Shown: positions 63,258 through 64,000 of the stretch, in pieces
How the letters are laid out: each line of letters opens with the position of its first letter
Position numbering within the stretch: position 1 is the stretch's first letter
Assembly (NCBI GenBank): GCA_965237415.1
Contig: CBDEFM010000002.1
Coordinates: 3,712,001 to 3,776,000, forward strand
DNA length: 64,000 bases
Direction of reading: 5' to 3'
Source of the DNA: Alphaproteobacteria bacterium
Lineage (GTDB): Bacteria; Pseudomonadota; Alphaproteobacteria; UBA828
Notes under the pieces: model-generated
The model's input: the letters and a program-made list of their open reading frames with translations, nothing else
Told to the model about the DNA's origin: nothing
Databases searched by the model: none
Position numbers and translations under genes: made by a program

Positions 63258-64000
63258 TCAGAGCGGCGGGCGGCGCTCGTCCCAGGGGCGGGCGCGCTCA
63301 TAGTCGGCGGCGGCGCGGAACACGCGCACGTCGTCGTAGGTGCGGCCCACGATCTGAATGCCCGTGGGCACGCCCGAGGACGCATAGCCGCTCGGTACCG
63401 CGGCGATGGGGCACTCCGGCACCAGATTGAACGGGTAGCAGAGCTGCCATTGCACGTAGATGTCGCCCGGCCAGTTGGCGACGCTCAGCGTCTTGCCGTT
63501 GATCCGAAAATCCGTGTTCTCGAGGTCGTGGTCGGCCGGCAGCGCCGGTATCGCGTTGGTCGGGCAGACGAGGATGTCGAACTCGTCGAGGATCGGCGCC
63601 AGCGTCTCGTACATTCTGCCGCGCACGGCATTGCACTGATAGAAGCGGCTCAGGCTGTGCTGGGAACCGCGCTCCAGGAGCCGGCGGACGAAGCCCTCCA
63701 TCTCGAATTTCCAGCGGGGATAGAGGTGGCCGGCGGCCGCCCAGAACAGGCCCTCCCAATGGGTGGTCCAGGCGTCGAGCACGGACATGTCCCAGCCGAG
63801 CTCGACCTCCTCGACCGTGCAGCCGAGGCTCCTGAACGCCCCGAGGGCTTCGCGGGTGTTCGCCTGCACCTCCTCGTCGATCTCGTAGTAGCCGAGGTCC
63901 ATGGAGAAGGCGACCTTCCACCCCTCGATGGGTTCGAGCTCGTCCGGGATCTCCAGCTTGGGGCGGATCGAGCAGATGTCGTCCGGGTGCGGCCCCGCCA
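63258..64000 (-). CDS. Amidase signature family protein (C-terminal part)
   Basis: PFNL...P..AVPSG...GVPTGIQIVG...D..VF. Confidence 0.85.
   Translation of the reverse strand, partial: AGPHPDDICSIRPKLEIPDELEPIEGWKVAFSMDLGYYEIDEEVQANTREALGAFRSLGCTVEEVELGWDMSVLDAWTTHWEGLFWAAAGHLYPRWKFEMEGFVRRLLERGSQHSLSRFYQCNAVRGRMYETLAPILDEFDILVCPTNAIPALPADHDLENTDFRINGKTLSVANWPGDIYVQWQLCYPFNLVPECPIAAVPSGYASSGVPTGIQIVGRTYDDVRVFRAAADYERARPWDERRPPL

Overview
High-GC alphaproteobacterial chromosome segment. Bases 1-23255 are mostly core genes (glpX, hom, phaC, argC, rpsI-rplM, polA, tig-clpP-clpX-lon, tRNA-Leu, tRNA-Ser). Between the 3' ends of convergent tRNA-Ser(TGA) (23255) and tRNA-Ala(CGC) (61025) lies a ~38 kb accessory region. 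It holds a toluene-monooxygenase-like diiron hydroxylase set (A,B,D,E, with no ferredoxin or reductase), a PotABCD-like/HpaB-like/triple-Rid catabolic cluster, a LIV-type ABC operon, and nested mobile DNA (IS630 plus MITE, IS66, IS1595, three IS21 pieces, IS1182-type MITE). The main result is a ~2.56 kb large-serine-recombinase element present in two diverged copies, each inserted at the same CC dinucleotide of the Walker A proline codon of an IS21 istB. Its first gene has no start codon when integrated. The RBS and ATG sit at the opposite end and join it in frame only when the element circularises, which would also restore istB. All calls come from reading the sequence; no database searches were run.
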